NCBI GenBank assembly: GCA_046563655.1
Contig: JAJCTO010000010.1
Location: 558,001-622,000 of the forward strand
DNA from: Yuukianura sp. NJ FZ-2021
Taxonomy: Eukaryota
DNA: 64,000 nt
Direction: 5' to 3'
A model generated the notes under the pieces. The model was not told the origin of the DNA. It searched no databases and saw only the letters and a program-made list of their open reading frames with translations. The position numbers were made by a program, and so were the translations under genes. Shown here one piece after another: positions 35,836 through 46,290 of this stretch (within the stretch, counting starts at the first letter, position 1; every line of letters starts with the position of its first letter).

Positions 35836-36906
35836 ATGGCCGTCGTTGTTAAACCCAGTTCGCGATACATTATCGTGGATAGTGCTTTAAACAGCAGCTT
35901 TTACCCAGAAAATAAACCAAACGAGTTTCGTGCCAATTTGGATCCTGTGCTTCATGGCTGGAAGCAACCACTGGAGGTTGCCATTTCTGGAATGCACTAC
36001 ACTCCAGCACCCAAAACCCAACGTAACATTTTTGGCCACAGTGAGGGTGACAATGTCATAAACGTAACCGAGCACTTGGAGGTGACGGTTACAATCTCAA
36101 AAATGGATGGAATAATAAAGTTTTTCGGTCATGTCTACAAGGAATTGAAAAAATTTGACCGAAAAATTGTCATATCATACACAAACAAGGTCTTTTCACT
36201 TACCAACGACGAAAAGGACCACGTGGTTACCATGACGGCCGAGTATGCTTGAGCCTTTGGCTTTGATACCAACACGTTCCCAAATGGAGTGACGCATGGC
36301 CATGAATATTCCGAAGCTGTTTTTGACGCAATTGATCCAACAATTAACATGACGCTCCACATTTTCCAAGACAAGGTCAACTTGGCAACCGTGGTAGAAC
36401 CAAAAGAAAAGACGGTGGAAGGCCTGATTCAGGCCATGAACGCCGCCTTGGCTCCATTTCAAATTACATTCAAGTACTCTGAGGAAGAGGCTGTACTCAA
36501 ATACACCCGAGAATCTACACCCAATTACATTACGACCCTCTCGCCACTTTTGGACAAAATATTTGGACTGCCGATGGGAGCCGCATTCAAGGGATTTAGC
36601 CAAACGAATCCAGCCAAAGCCGAAATTGACCTTGGGGTGACGTCAAAACATCTCCTTGTCGTGTGCGATCTTGCGGAATATACCCAGTTTGGAGACAAGG
36701 TGCTGCCGTTGATTGGAATATTCCCACAAGGCGATCAGGATGGCAAACCAGTCGACTTGGAAGTCAATGTACCGCGTTGATTTGCGGTAAAAGGACAGTC
36801 GATGATCAATTCCATTTACGTTCAACTTTTGGACGAAAACCTGGCACCAATTCCTGAAGCACACAGCGCAACCCAACTTGTTCTTCACGTCAGAAAATCC
36901 ACCTAA
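35836..36906 (+). pseudogene. Minor capsid (penton/PX-like) protein of mini-Polinton 2, with two in-frame TGA codons (36250, 36778)
   Basis: YIIVDS...FYPENKPNEFRANL...LEVAISGMHY. C-terminal VVCDLAEYTQFGDKVLPLI...SIYVQLLDEN...LVLHVR matches the termini of 21792-23240. Confidence 0.8.
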
Positions 36907-37092
36907 ATTGTCCAAAAACCAGTTATTAACGGCCACAAAAGACAAAATCTGTTCAGTTGACGTCTGACTTGCGACCAAGCAACACGAAAACAGTGCAAAA
37001 CATTGTAAAATTTACACCAAAACCCTTAAAAACGTCGTCAGTATCAACTTTGTGCTCGTTGAAGCAACATCTAGTGCATTTTTTGTGTAAAA

Positions 37093-37500
37093 ATGGAAGT
37101 TGACGAACCAGGAAACTCTGATTTTAGCAACAATAGTGACAGTTTGACGCCAGAAAATGGCGAAAACAAGTGCGACAATGCAAGTTTAGCCACAAAAACG
37201 ATATCATCGCCCGCTATTGTTCAAAAAATGTCCGCGGAATTGCCCAAAAAGAAGGTCAGAAAGCGCTCACGCCCCAAAAAAGTACCAAATTTGAAGAAAA
37301 ATTTACCCAAAAATGGGTCGAGCAGTACAGATTCAGACGAAAATCTTTGCAACAATTGCAGAAAAATGCAAATTTCTAAAGACAATAGCAGAAAACCAAA
37401 AAAATCTGCCAAAAGTGGGCGAAAAAGGCGTAAAATTGTTGCAAAATTGCAAAATTTGGCGCAAAAGGCTATAAAAGGGAGCCTATTTCACAACAATTAG
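37093..37500 (+). CDS. Lys/Arg-rich basic protein (candidate core protein)
   Basis: KKKVRKRSRPKK and KSGRKRRK. Occupies the PZ position between the minor and major capsid genes. Confidence 0.45.
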   Translation: MEVDEPGNSDFSNNSDSLTPENGENKCDNASLATKTISSPAIVQKMSAELPKKKVRKRSRPKKVPNLKKNLPKNGSSSTDSDENLCNNCRKMQISKDNSRKPKKSAKSGRKRRKIVAKLQNLAQKAIKGSLFHNN

Positions 37501-37505
37501 TCAGT
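37470..37505 (+). promoter_or_regulatory. TATA plus initiator upstream of the mini-Polinton 2 MCP
   Basis: TATAAAA at 37470 and TCAGT at 37501. Confidence 0.6.
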
Positions 37506-37645
37506 CTGCGTCTGAATTTCGACGAGTAAACACGTGTCTAGTGCGCAGTGCTACCATAAAATTTACGCGTTAAACCTTGGAAATAGTGCTCAGTCGTCAT
37601 TTGGCAACCGTCGGAGCAACATCTCGTGCGTGTTTTTGTGCTAAA

Positions 37646-38969
37646 ATGGAGGTTAATGTGCCAGTGAATTCGAAATTGGTCACCACAAGTGCCAAATTTG
37701 ACCTATTTTCAAAGCCAACCACGGATGTGTCGTTCATTTTGGGCAATTATCTAGTAGTGAAACCATTTTCACCATCGACAGACCCTAATCCAATCTACTT
37801 TCGAGTGGAACAGCCGGCACATGGTTATATATGGTTACTTGGACCTGTCGGATTCTTTCCTAAAACTAGTGTTTTCAATTAAAAAAAGTGATGGAACTCC
37901 ACTCACCGATGCAGACAAAATTGCGCCTGAAAATTTATTTTTTCATGCGTTCATTGACGACTTCAAAGTTTTGGTCAACAATTGCCAAGTAGTTGCTCAA
38001 GGATACCGAGCATACTAGTATGAAGCCTGGATGCTCACTCAACTCTTTAACGGCATTGGAACCAAATGCAGCACATTGTCAAAAGTGGGTTATTATGCCG
38101 GAGATGTCATGGACACCTACGACGACACAAACCCGAGTTACAAGGCGCGATTAAACTTGGCAAAAAATAGTCAAACATTTGAAATGATTGGGCGCCCGTT
38201 TGTCGGCCTATTTACGACCAAAAAGTTATTCCCGCACAACACTCAATTCTATTTTGAAATTAAAAAGAGCGATGCATCCTTTTGCTTGCGAGGACCGGCC
38301 ACTACCACCAAATACAAAATTACAGTCGAATCGGCCGAGTATTATATTCGCCAAGTGAATCCCAGCGAAAAAATAGTGACTCAGATCCGGCAAGGGTTTG
38401 CAAAAAACAAAGTGGCCAACTATTCATACGATCAGGCCCACATGCGTTTAGAATATGTGTCGAAAAATCTCAGTTCGGTTGACTTAACAAATGCCTACCA
38501 CAGTACTATGCACCCAAAACTTCTTTTAGTTGGCATTTTGGAACTAGAAGTTTACGAAGGGAAAAAAGTTGAAAAGTCACCATTCAACTTTAAACCCCAC
38601 GGTGTTAGCCGTCTGTTGCTAAAATTTGAGCAAAAGCCCTTAGTCTATCAAGAAATGATTTTCAAAGACAAAAATTACATGCTTGCCTATCACAATTTGT
38701 GCAAGTTGGTTTCTCGTCAGACTGAAGGAAATGACATTTCCTACGACAAGTTTGTAAACGGAAATGCAATCTTTGCATTTGACGTCCAGGATTTGTGGAC
38801 TGACGGATACAATGCGACCAGATCTGGACAATACGGATTGGAAATTGATTTTGAAACCCCGACCACAAAGGATTTGGTGGTTCTCATCGTCGGAATCGAA
38901 GACGAAACTTTACAAATTGATGGAAATAGAATTACTGGACTTGCATCCAACAAAAAAATATTCTTTTAA
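37646..38969 (+). pseudogene. Major capsid protein of mini-Polinton 2 (frameshift ~37830, TAG at 38016)
   Basis: KFDLFS, YLDLSDSF, APENLFFHAF, FEMIGRP, SPFNFKPHG, GNDISYDKF and GNAIFAFD. Colinear end to end with 4770-6938. Confidence 0.9.
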
Positions 38970-39476
38970 AAATAACTTTATTTTTAATCTTTATTAGCCC
39001 TGTCTCAACTCTTTTTTGTTGTATACTTTTCAAAATTTGAAAAATAAACTAATCTCCTCATTGAAAAAAAAACATGATGTCTTTTATAAATAAAAGTAGA
39101 AAAAAATGAAAAAAAAAACAGAAATTAAAAAAACGAAAAAAAAAAACGAAAAAAAGGACAAAAAAGAAACCAAAAACTGCATTCATGTTTTTGGTTTTCC
39201 ATCAAGTTCATCAAGGTGTTGGCACAAATTGCCGGTTATGTTCTATACGGTTATTCAAAGTCAGGTTCATGCCGTACGTTTTTCTGATAAGACGTTTCCG
39301 TAATTTATTTCAACATAGTTGTGTAAGCGTAAGCTTGCGGGCATACCAGTGACAAACGCCAAGCCTACGTATATATTGTTCCGTAAATGCTTGAGCTACA
39401 TAAAAATTATTTGGAGGCAGATTGAATCGAACTCACGGCCCCTACCATAAGATGTAATCGAAATGGACGCTCTGAC

Positions 39477-40533
39477 CAGTCCGCCCGGGCGACTTGTCTG
39501 AGTTTAAGCAGGAAATGACAACACTATGGCTTGAGGGCGGGCCCAATGTGTGGCAATGGCAAGTTTTGTCGACCAATCAAATGTCTCCATTTTCCGAGGC
39601 CACGCCCCCGATTGAAATGGTAAACGTTCATTTGCCAGAGCTATCGCGCCCCCAGTGTTGCGGCAAGTCTCGACCAATCAAATTGCTCCATTTCCTCGAG
39701 CCACGCCCACTTTTGAAATGCTCAAAGCTGATTGGCTCAAGAGACGGGCGACTAGTCACGCCCCCGAGCTAGCTGAACTCGGTTTGACCTTTGACCTTGA
39801 TGTTGTTTTGCAAAGTGAAAATTCAAATGGAATTGTACGTGCATGTGCACGGGCAAGTTGACCGGAAGTGGTTTGCGGTTTCTTTTGGCAGGCTAGCCGG
39901 AAGTGGTTTGCGGTTTGTTTTGGCAGTGGCCGAGTGGCACCCCACTAATCCTCTGACCAGCCGAATGTACCGCCCATGTACCATACTTGATCTTCTTGGT
40001 CCCGGGATCCCAGAAAAGGGCTCCCGGGACATTTCAATTTAAAAATGCTCGCTTGACCTTGAAAAAAATTGAAATGTTGTAAACAAGTTACATGAAATTG
40101 CAAATGGGGGCGCATGACCTGACGCAAATTCATATGCCAATGCAAAGGGCGCGCGTGACCTTGAAAAATTTGGCGTGACCTTGAAAAAATTGGCGTGACC
40201 TTGACATTTCAAGTTGGGGTAATTTGGGGAAATTTACCTTGAGTTTTGATTTCAATTTCCAAGTTTCAATACATTTTCCAATTTCTAAATTTCAGGAAAA
40301 AAATTTTTTTCAAAATTGATTTTTTTTTCAAAAATTGATTTTTTTTTCAAAAAATGATTTTTTAACAAAGAATTTCAATTTTGTGGTTTGGGGGAGGGGG
40401 GGCACGTGAGTTGGGGGTCACGTGGGGGGGGGGGGTGCGGAAGTGGGGGGGGTGACGTCATGTGCAAAACGTTTTACGCAGACGCGGCGGCCATCTTGGA
40501 TTTTTGGGAATTTCCTTACCACTGCCATTAGCT
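39477..40533 (-). repeat. Right TIR of mini-Polinton 2
   Basis: Inverted copy of 34481-35584. Confidence 0.93.
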
Positions 40534-40746
40534 GTCGTCGTCGTGGTAGTGGTGGTGGCGGTGGGTGGGAGGTGGTGGTTCTGTTTGTGGGAAATTATTC
40601 AGCACACGACTGTAGGCAACCGACAGAAATTTGTACAATTTATTCAGTTGCAAACAGAAAAACTTTTTTTTTTAATGATGTAACTTTGTATATGCAATAA
40701 AAAATCCATTCCTCGTTTCACAATTTTTCACCGTCGAAAAAAAAAT

Positions 40747-41181
40747 TTATTCAGTTGTCAAAAAAAAACTTTCTGAAACAAATAGAATTTTTTTTAAAAA
40801 GCGTTTGATCCTTCGTCGCAAAGTGCGTTGGGTGGCAAACACATTTGGCGAAATCCCAACGCATTTGCGGGGTCGGCCTTTTCGTCGCCTGGGAGGATCC
40901 GGTCCTGCAACATCCGCTCCCGTTCCCCCTGCTTCGGCCTTTGTCACTCCCGCTCGATCCGCTTTGGCCTTGGTCACTCCCGCTCCTTCCGCGCCGGGTA
41001 CTTCCGCCCTGGCTTCTGTCACAGACGAACCGACCTTGGGTGCTCCCTCCCCGGCTCCTGCCGCTCTACCTCCTTCCGCCTCGGCCTTAGGCACTCCCGC
41101 TCCGTCGTCAGTACGACGATGTCGATTTAGTGCTTCCGTTCGAGAAAAAGGAATGCCACAAATTTCGCAGTAGACGTTCAT
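40747..41181 (-). CDS. Small protein with a C2H2-like finger, GAGVTKAEA-type repeats and an AT-hook
   Basis: CEICGIPFSRTEALNRH; Ala/Gly-rich repeats; RRRKGRPRK. Confidence 0.5.
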   Translation of the reverse strand: MNVYCEICGIPFSRTEALNRHRRTDDGAGVPKAEAEGGRAAGAGEGAPKVGSSVTEARAEVPGAEGAGVTKAKADRAGVTKAEAGGTGADVAGPDPPRRRKGRPRKCVGISPNVFATQRTLRRRIKRFLKKILFVSESFFLTTE

Positions 41182-42012
41182 AACGTAAATTACAATAATT
41201 GTAGAGCTTAGATGGGTAGTATTGTATTAAGTACAGCACGTTCGCACTCTGCGGATACAAACTTGCAACTGAACAAAATTTCAGCAACGGAAAGTTTATA
41301 ACGAATTGTGGTGGTGGTGGTGGTGGTGATGTTGGTGGTGGTGGTGGTGATGTTGGTGGTGGTGGTGGCGATGTTGGTGGTGGTAGTAGTTGTGTACTCC
41401 ACTGGTGCATCGAAGCAAAATTAGAAAATATTTCATTTTTTGATGTATAGAAAAGGTAAGTTTAATCCTGGTTAATTGAACACAATCTTTCATGTTGTTT
41501 GCATTCAATAGTAAATATTTTGCAACCTTGCTGTCGTTTCTAACCTCTGTTGGTATTAATTATTTTTGAGGGTTATTTTGCGTGCTGGTACAAACGTACC
41601 AAAATATATAACGAATTGAGTTCTGTGTATTTTTAACATCACCCCAATTATACCTGAAGTAGTGCTGTGTCTTGACACTAATTGACCCCAAAACTCTCAT
41701 TGAACTAATGCAATTGGTGGGCTAGTTGGGGATAAAATTTAAGGATCTATTGAGATGGTGGGTGTGTAAACTATACAAAAAATTTGTTTGTGCATTGACA
41801 CATTTTTCTCTTCATTGCACTACAGTCTGACGGATAATAGAAATCCAAAGAATTGTTTCTCATGCTACCGCACTTTTGTCTCTTCCGGAAGGAATTATGA
41901 AGATGAACACAAATCGCAGTTCGGCTCTGTTCGATGCCTCAATGTTTCGGCAAAGCACAGTTCAGAAGTATTCCGAATCGTCTATTTACATCTATGCTTC
42001 CAAACAAGTCCA

Positions 42013-43608
42013 TGTCACTCGGCACCAGTCGGTGAGACCCGGCAAGATTCGGTGAGATTTGTCAAGAGTCGGTGAGACACGGCAGGTGTGCTTAAGAGTC
42101 GCCAAGAGTCGGTGTGACTCGGCTAAAGTCGGTGAGGCAGCAGAAGGTGAAATGACGTAATTGTTGAAAATACGCATCTGGACTTTGTACTGATACATAA
42201 CATACACACAAAGAGGCATGAGTCACCACTGTCCTTGAGCCTTCGAAAAATAAATTCGGACTTTGTACCTTCAAACCAAAGCTTTCGAAAACCTAACCTT
42301 TGCACCTAACCTTGCTTTCTTAATGAGTTATATGTGTGACTCACCAAACGATTTAAGAACGTTTTACGTTCTTAGCTGACATTACCTTTGGACCTTCACC
42401 TTCCATTCTTGTTTGAGTTATTTCGATGACTCAACTTTCGAAACTAGAACGTTTTACGTTCTTGCGCACACCAACCATGCTACTTATTATCCTGACCTCT
42501 GTGACCTGCCTAATAACCTAACTAGAAGCCTTAAGGGCTGGGTGGAAGAATCTCAGTAGAACCGCCATTGAAACGGGGTGAATCTTTCAGACTATTCAGA
42601 AACCTATCACCAACTAATGAATTATTTAGTTATTCTCTGAAAATAACTAATAGTCGACGCCCCCTTGGCCTCTGCGGGTCTATCACCCGCTCACCCCTCG
42701 TGACCTAATTTCTTTGACCCATCCGGGCCCTCAAGGAATCTGAACTGATTATAAGATCAAAGAATAGGGTGGAGCCAAGCCTACCTAATTCACCAGTTAC
42801 TCCATGACTAATCATTTTGAATCCAGGTGGGGCCTGGTCCCACCAGCCCCACCATCGGTCCTAACTGCCCAAGTTACTAATCTAAATGAACAAGATGAAC
42901 AAGTCCAAACCTAGCTCCCTTAAACAATGGATAGAGTAATTGTTTCATTTACCTCTTCAGCTACGGTTGGATTCTCGGCAGTTAACGGAATTTAGCAAGA
43001 GCGAAGTTTAGACGCAGCGACGACGGAAAGTTGGATTTTCAGAATTTATTCCTCAAAGAGAGTGTATAGTAACCTAACGTTTTGAAAATAGATCCCGGAG
43101 GGCTTAAGAGAAAATCTAATTTGAAAATGACTTAACTTCTATACAATGTTCACGGATATTTATAGAATATTTCCTAACCTACGTTGTCCTCTAATTTGCC
43201 TTACCCTTGGCAACGTGTGTCCGCAATCAGACGTTAATGACCAGGATTTATAATCCAGTTCAGTCATTAATGTCTGATATCAGACAAAGTTTTGAGTGTA
43301 TGCAAATTGAAATCTCGTCAATTTGTATGAAAATCACTCGCTTTACTTGTGACATTGCATGTCCATCAAGTGTGAAAACTTGTTGGACAAGTAGAATTGA
43401 CGTTTCAGCCTTCTGCTGAATTGTCAGAGCAAAGATTATTTGTAATAAATCTTTGCAACTATGTTGCAAAAGCGAGTGTGCCAATTTGCATACAAAACAG
43501 AAGGCATGTTTTTCACTCTTATCACTAATTACTCTTAATTAGTACTTTATCTGGATTTATCTTGTCCCGAAATTTGAATTTCGGGAGAAGTAAAAATCCG
43601 TCGTTACA
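42013..43608 (-). mobile_element. LTR/leader remnant of a family related to the 45519 retroelement (left boundary uncertain)
   Basis: Minus strand begins TGTAACGACGGATTT, versus TGTAACGCCGGATTT at 45519. Colinear shared blocks: ATCCTGGTCATTAACGTC, CAACCGTAGCTGA..AGGTAA, GGTGGGACC(A)GGCCCCACCT and GTTTCAATGG.GGTTCTACTGAGAT. Confidence 0.8.
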
Positions 43609-43880
43609 GATGAACATCACCAACGACTTTTTTAACCACTACAAAGTTCCTGTCAACGTAGAAGATGCCTATAGGATTGGAAAATTAAACCCATCATCCG
43701 ATAAGCCCCGGCCAATTAAGGTGAAAATTTCGACATTCGCTCAACGCATGCAAGCTCTACAGCTTCGGAAGACTTTCATACAAAACAAAGACATTTACTC
43801 CATTATTTAAGACCTTACCGTGGAAACCAGAATTGAAAGAAAAAAATCGTGAATTAAGACAACGTGCTTCTGATTCCCGA
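43609..43880 (+). pseudogene. LINE ORF1 fragment (CR1/L2-like)
   Basis: VEDAYRIGK...KPRPIKVK...DLT pattern, frameshifted. Confidence 0.6.
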
Positions 43881-44057
43881 ACGCGAGCGTCAGGAACACC
43901 CAATCCTACTATTCCCAGAACCTTTGCTTCGGCCACTCGAAGCTCATTCCCTGCCCCAAAATGAGGGCTCGGCCGCCCTATCAATAGCTTACCAAACAAA
44001 ACAGGTACAGGATCCTGCAGCGAAGCATTTCTAAGCAACATGACAATCTTCTATTTG

Positions 44058-44934
44058 TGTTGGGGGGTAAACCGATAGTTCATAATGTTAGGCTAATTTT
44101 AGTTTACATTTTTCATGCATTTTCCATTTCCTAGAATAAGGTTATTTTTACTTTAGTGACAGGGATTAGAAACACTCGTTTCTTCCTTTTCTCAACATCT
44201 AAGTTACTCACACTGATTTACATTGTCTTCTCATTCTATTCATTTTTACTATAAGGCTAGGAATACTCATTCCTTCTGCACTTCACTTGTCTTCGTAGGT
44301 TATAAATAGTAGTGACACACAGTCACTTGACATTCATTCTAAGTTCAGTTTTTGAGTTGAATTCCAGTCTTGTAACCGTCTTCTTTCCCATTTCATACAT
44401 TACACATTCAATAAACAACATAACGTAATTCTCGATGTTCTGACTTTTATGTGACTTCACCACAATTCACTTGCTCTCCCACATTTTCTCATCTGAGGTC
44501 ACAGAGCTCATCGAACATTTTGGTGCCGAAAGACGGTTACTGCCAAAAGCCTGGATCCAGACTGACACCACGTCACATTCAACATGCCGGAAGTCCTCTC
44601 TCTCGTCCTTAAGCGAACAGCTCAGAAGCACAAACTGGCGAAAATCCTAAGGGACGTAAGTAACGTCTATTCACCGGCTACTCAGTTTGAACTCCACAAA
44701 CTACTGGATCAAACTAAAAAGATCGAAGGTATTGTCCAATCCCTTCAAAATGAAATTCTAACGTATATGTCTAATGAGGATGATTTAATGCCTCAACTTG
44801 AAGCTTCAGAACACATTGATGACATGATTGTTAAGATCCATGGTCTTATCAATGGAGAGTTAGCGAAGCTGGAATCCAACACCCAGAGTGGATCCCATAG
44901 AGTTACCAAGACAATTCGATTTTTTTTCTTTTAA
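44058..44934 (+). mobile_element. Truncated BEL/Pao-like LTR retrotransposon: LTR 44058-44517, PBS at 44521, gag N-terminus 44584-44934
   Basis: TGTT...AACA ends, TATAAATA at 44301, AATAAA at 44410, PBS TGGTGCCGAAA (tRNA-Phe-like) and a helical gag start LKRTAQKHKLAKI. Confidence 0.75.
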
Positions 44935-45518
44935 CTAGAGTGGACATAAGGCATTTTTTCAACAAAATTTGTGAAGCATTTCTAAAGCGGAAAAAAAACC
45001 GTTTTCATCTTAAGTTTAAGCCAGGTTCACACAAACTATTAATTGCAGGTGTCATTTTTTAAAACTTCGAAAATTATTCGCGAATTCACGACAAAGTTAA
45101 ATCTAGGGTTTTGTTTTTCAGAAAAACTATCAACTATAATCTGTGATTCTGGAAAATGCGACTAGTAGTGGTGTGGACGTAGATAGTAACTATAAGATTA
45201 GTTAATTTAACGTTTAAATTTACTTTAGCTTTGTTGAAGTACTTGAAACTATTTGGAAGTAGGGTAGATTTTATTTTACAGCAGAGTTTAAATTGGAAAA
45301 TTGGAAATACTCTGGATCTAACACTACTGACCTCTGAAAATTACAGTTTTGTTACATACAAGTGTTACGAACAGTAGTTGGATTTAGCTTAACGGTTTCC
45401 TTCTGGCAATGTAATGAAACCTAATCTTACAGTATTGTCTAATGACCAAGCGAAATTTTTATCGAATTTGTAGTTGATTAAGATATTTAAATGTAATTTT
45501 ATTCAAATCATCTGCGCG

Positions 45519-46290
45519 TGTAACGCCGGATTTCGAGCCACCTCCAAATCAATCAATTGATCTGGAGTTGGGCCGAATTCGGACGCTTAATTAAGTTAAG
45601 ACAAAACTAGTTAAAACCAGTTAAGAGACATGTCGAGTATGCAGATTGATAATTAAGGGAAGTTTTGAAATTGAGACAGGAGGTCTCAAGACTTATGATA
45701 AGAAAAAGGTGATTTGACAAGTCCTTTGGACTTGTCATGTAAAACAACTTGCTCAGCAAGTTTGACATCTGTCAAACATGGGGTGTCCACTCGCAAGAGA
45801 GTTGATTCTCCCATTCAAAATCCCTGTTTATCAATTTGCATAGGATCGTAACTTTGTGCAATCTTGGACATTAATGACAAAGCAGGATCATAGATCCTGG
45901 TCATTAACGTCCAACTTTGAACTCAGGTCGCTAAGCGTCCCTCAGTTGAAGGACAAGCTGGGTCAAGAGTAAGGTTATAAATATAAGTAACAACTTGTTA
46001 GCGTTAAGTCATTTTTGAATTAGCTTTTGGGGAAGCATCTCTCTCTCTCTCTCTCAGGTCAGTTTGACTAGATTATAAAGTCGCTCTTTAGAATAAGTCT
46101 TTTGGGGAACAATAAACACTCTTCCTGGGAATTCTCTCCGCCGTTCGTCAATTCTTCATCTTCGAAGCTTGCATATCTGCCACCGTCACTTCCGCTGATT
46201 CTGCTGTTCAGGGTTCTACTGGTGTCAACCGTAGCTGACCAAGGTAAGGGAATCTTCCCTTCTCATACATGATTTAATAAGGGTAGCTAG
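45519..46290 (+). repeat. 5' LTR (minimum extent; 3' end not resolvable)
   Basis: Matches 63238-64000 with scattered substitutions and a CT-repeat indel. TATAAATA at ~45975, AATAAA at ~46110. Confidence 0.92.

Larger units (their letters stand above)
34481..40533 (+). mobile_element. Non-autonomous capsid-encoding Polinton-like element ('mini-Polinton 2', 6053 bp)
   Basis: Ends AGCTAATGGCAGTGG / CCACTGCCATTAGCT. 6-bp TSD GTCGTC (34475-34480, 34534-equivalent 40534-40539). ~1.1-kb TIRs. Interior holds only a minor capsid, a basic ORF and an MCP. Confidence 0.93.

Noticed and set aside
35836..36906. TGA recoding (Sec/Trp) in mini-Polinton genes, since several in-frame stops are TGA
   Set aside because: Neighbouring genes also carry TAG and TAA stops and frameshifts, so ordinary decay (CGA/TGG to TGA) explains it.
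38010..38024. Stop codon in MCP2 at the same RAY|xYEAW position as the hAT insertion in MCP1
   Set aside because: There is no footprint or duplication at the MCP2 site, so it is most simply a coincidental point mutation.
39402..39495. Functional tRNA gene
   Set aside because: A/B-box-like motifs are present but the acceptor and T stems do not pair. Kept only as a Pol III-like candidate.
41108..41508. Poly-Pro, poly-Thr and poly-His ORFs
   Set aside because: They are translations of a (GGT)n microsatellite.
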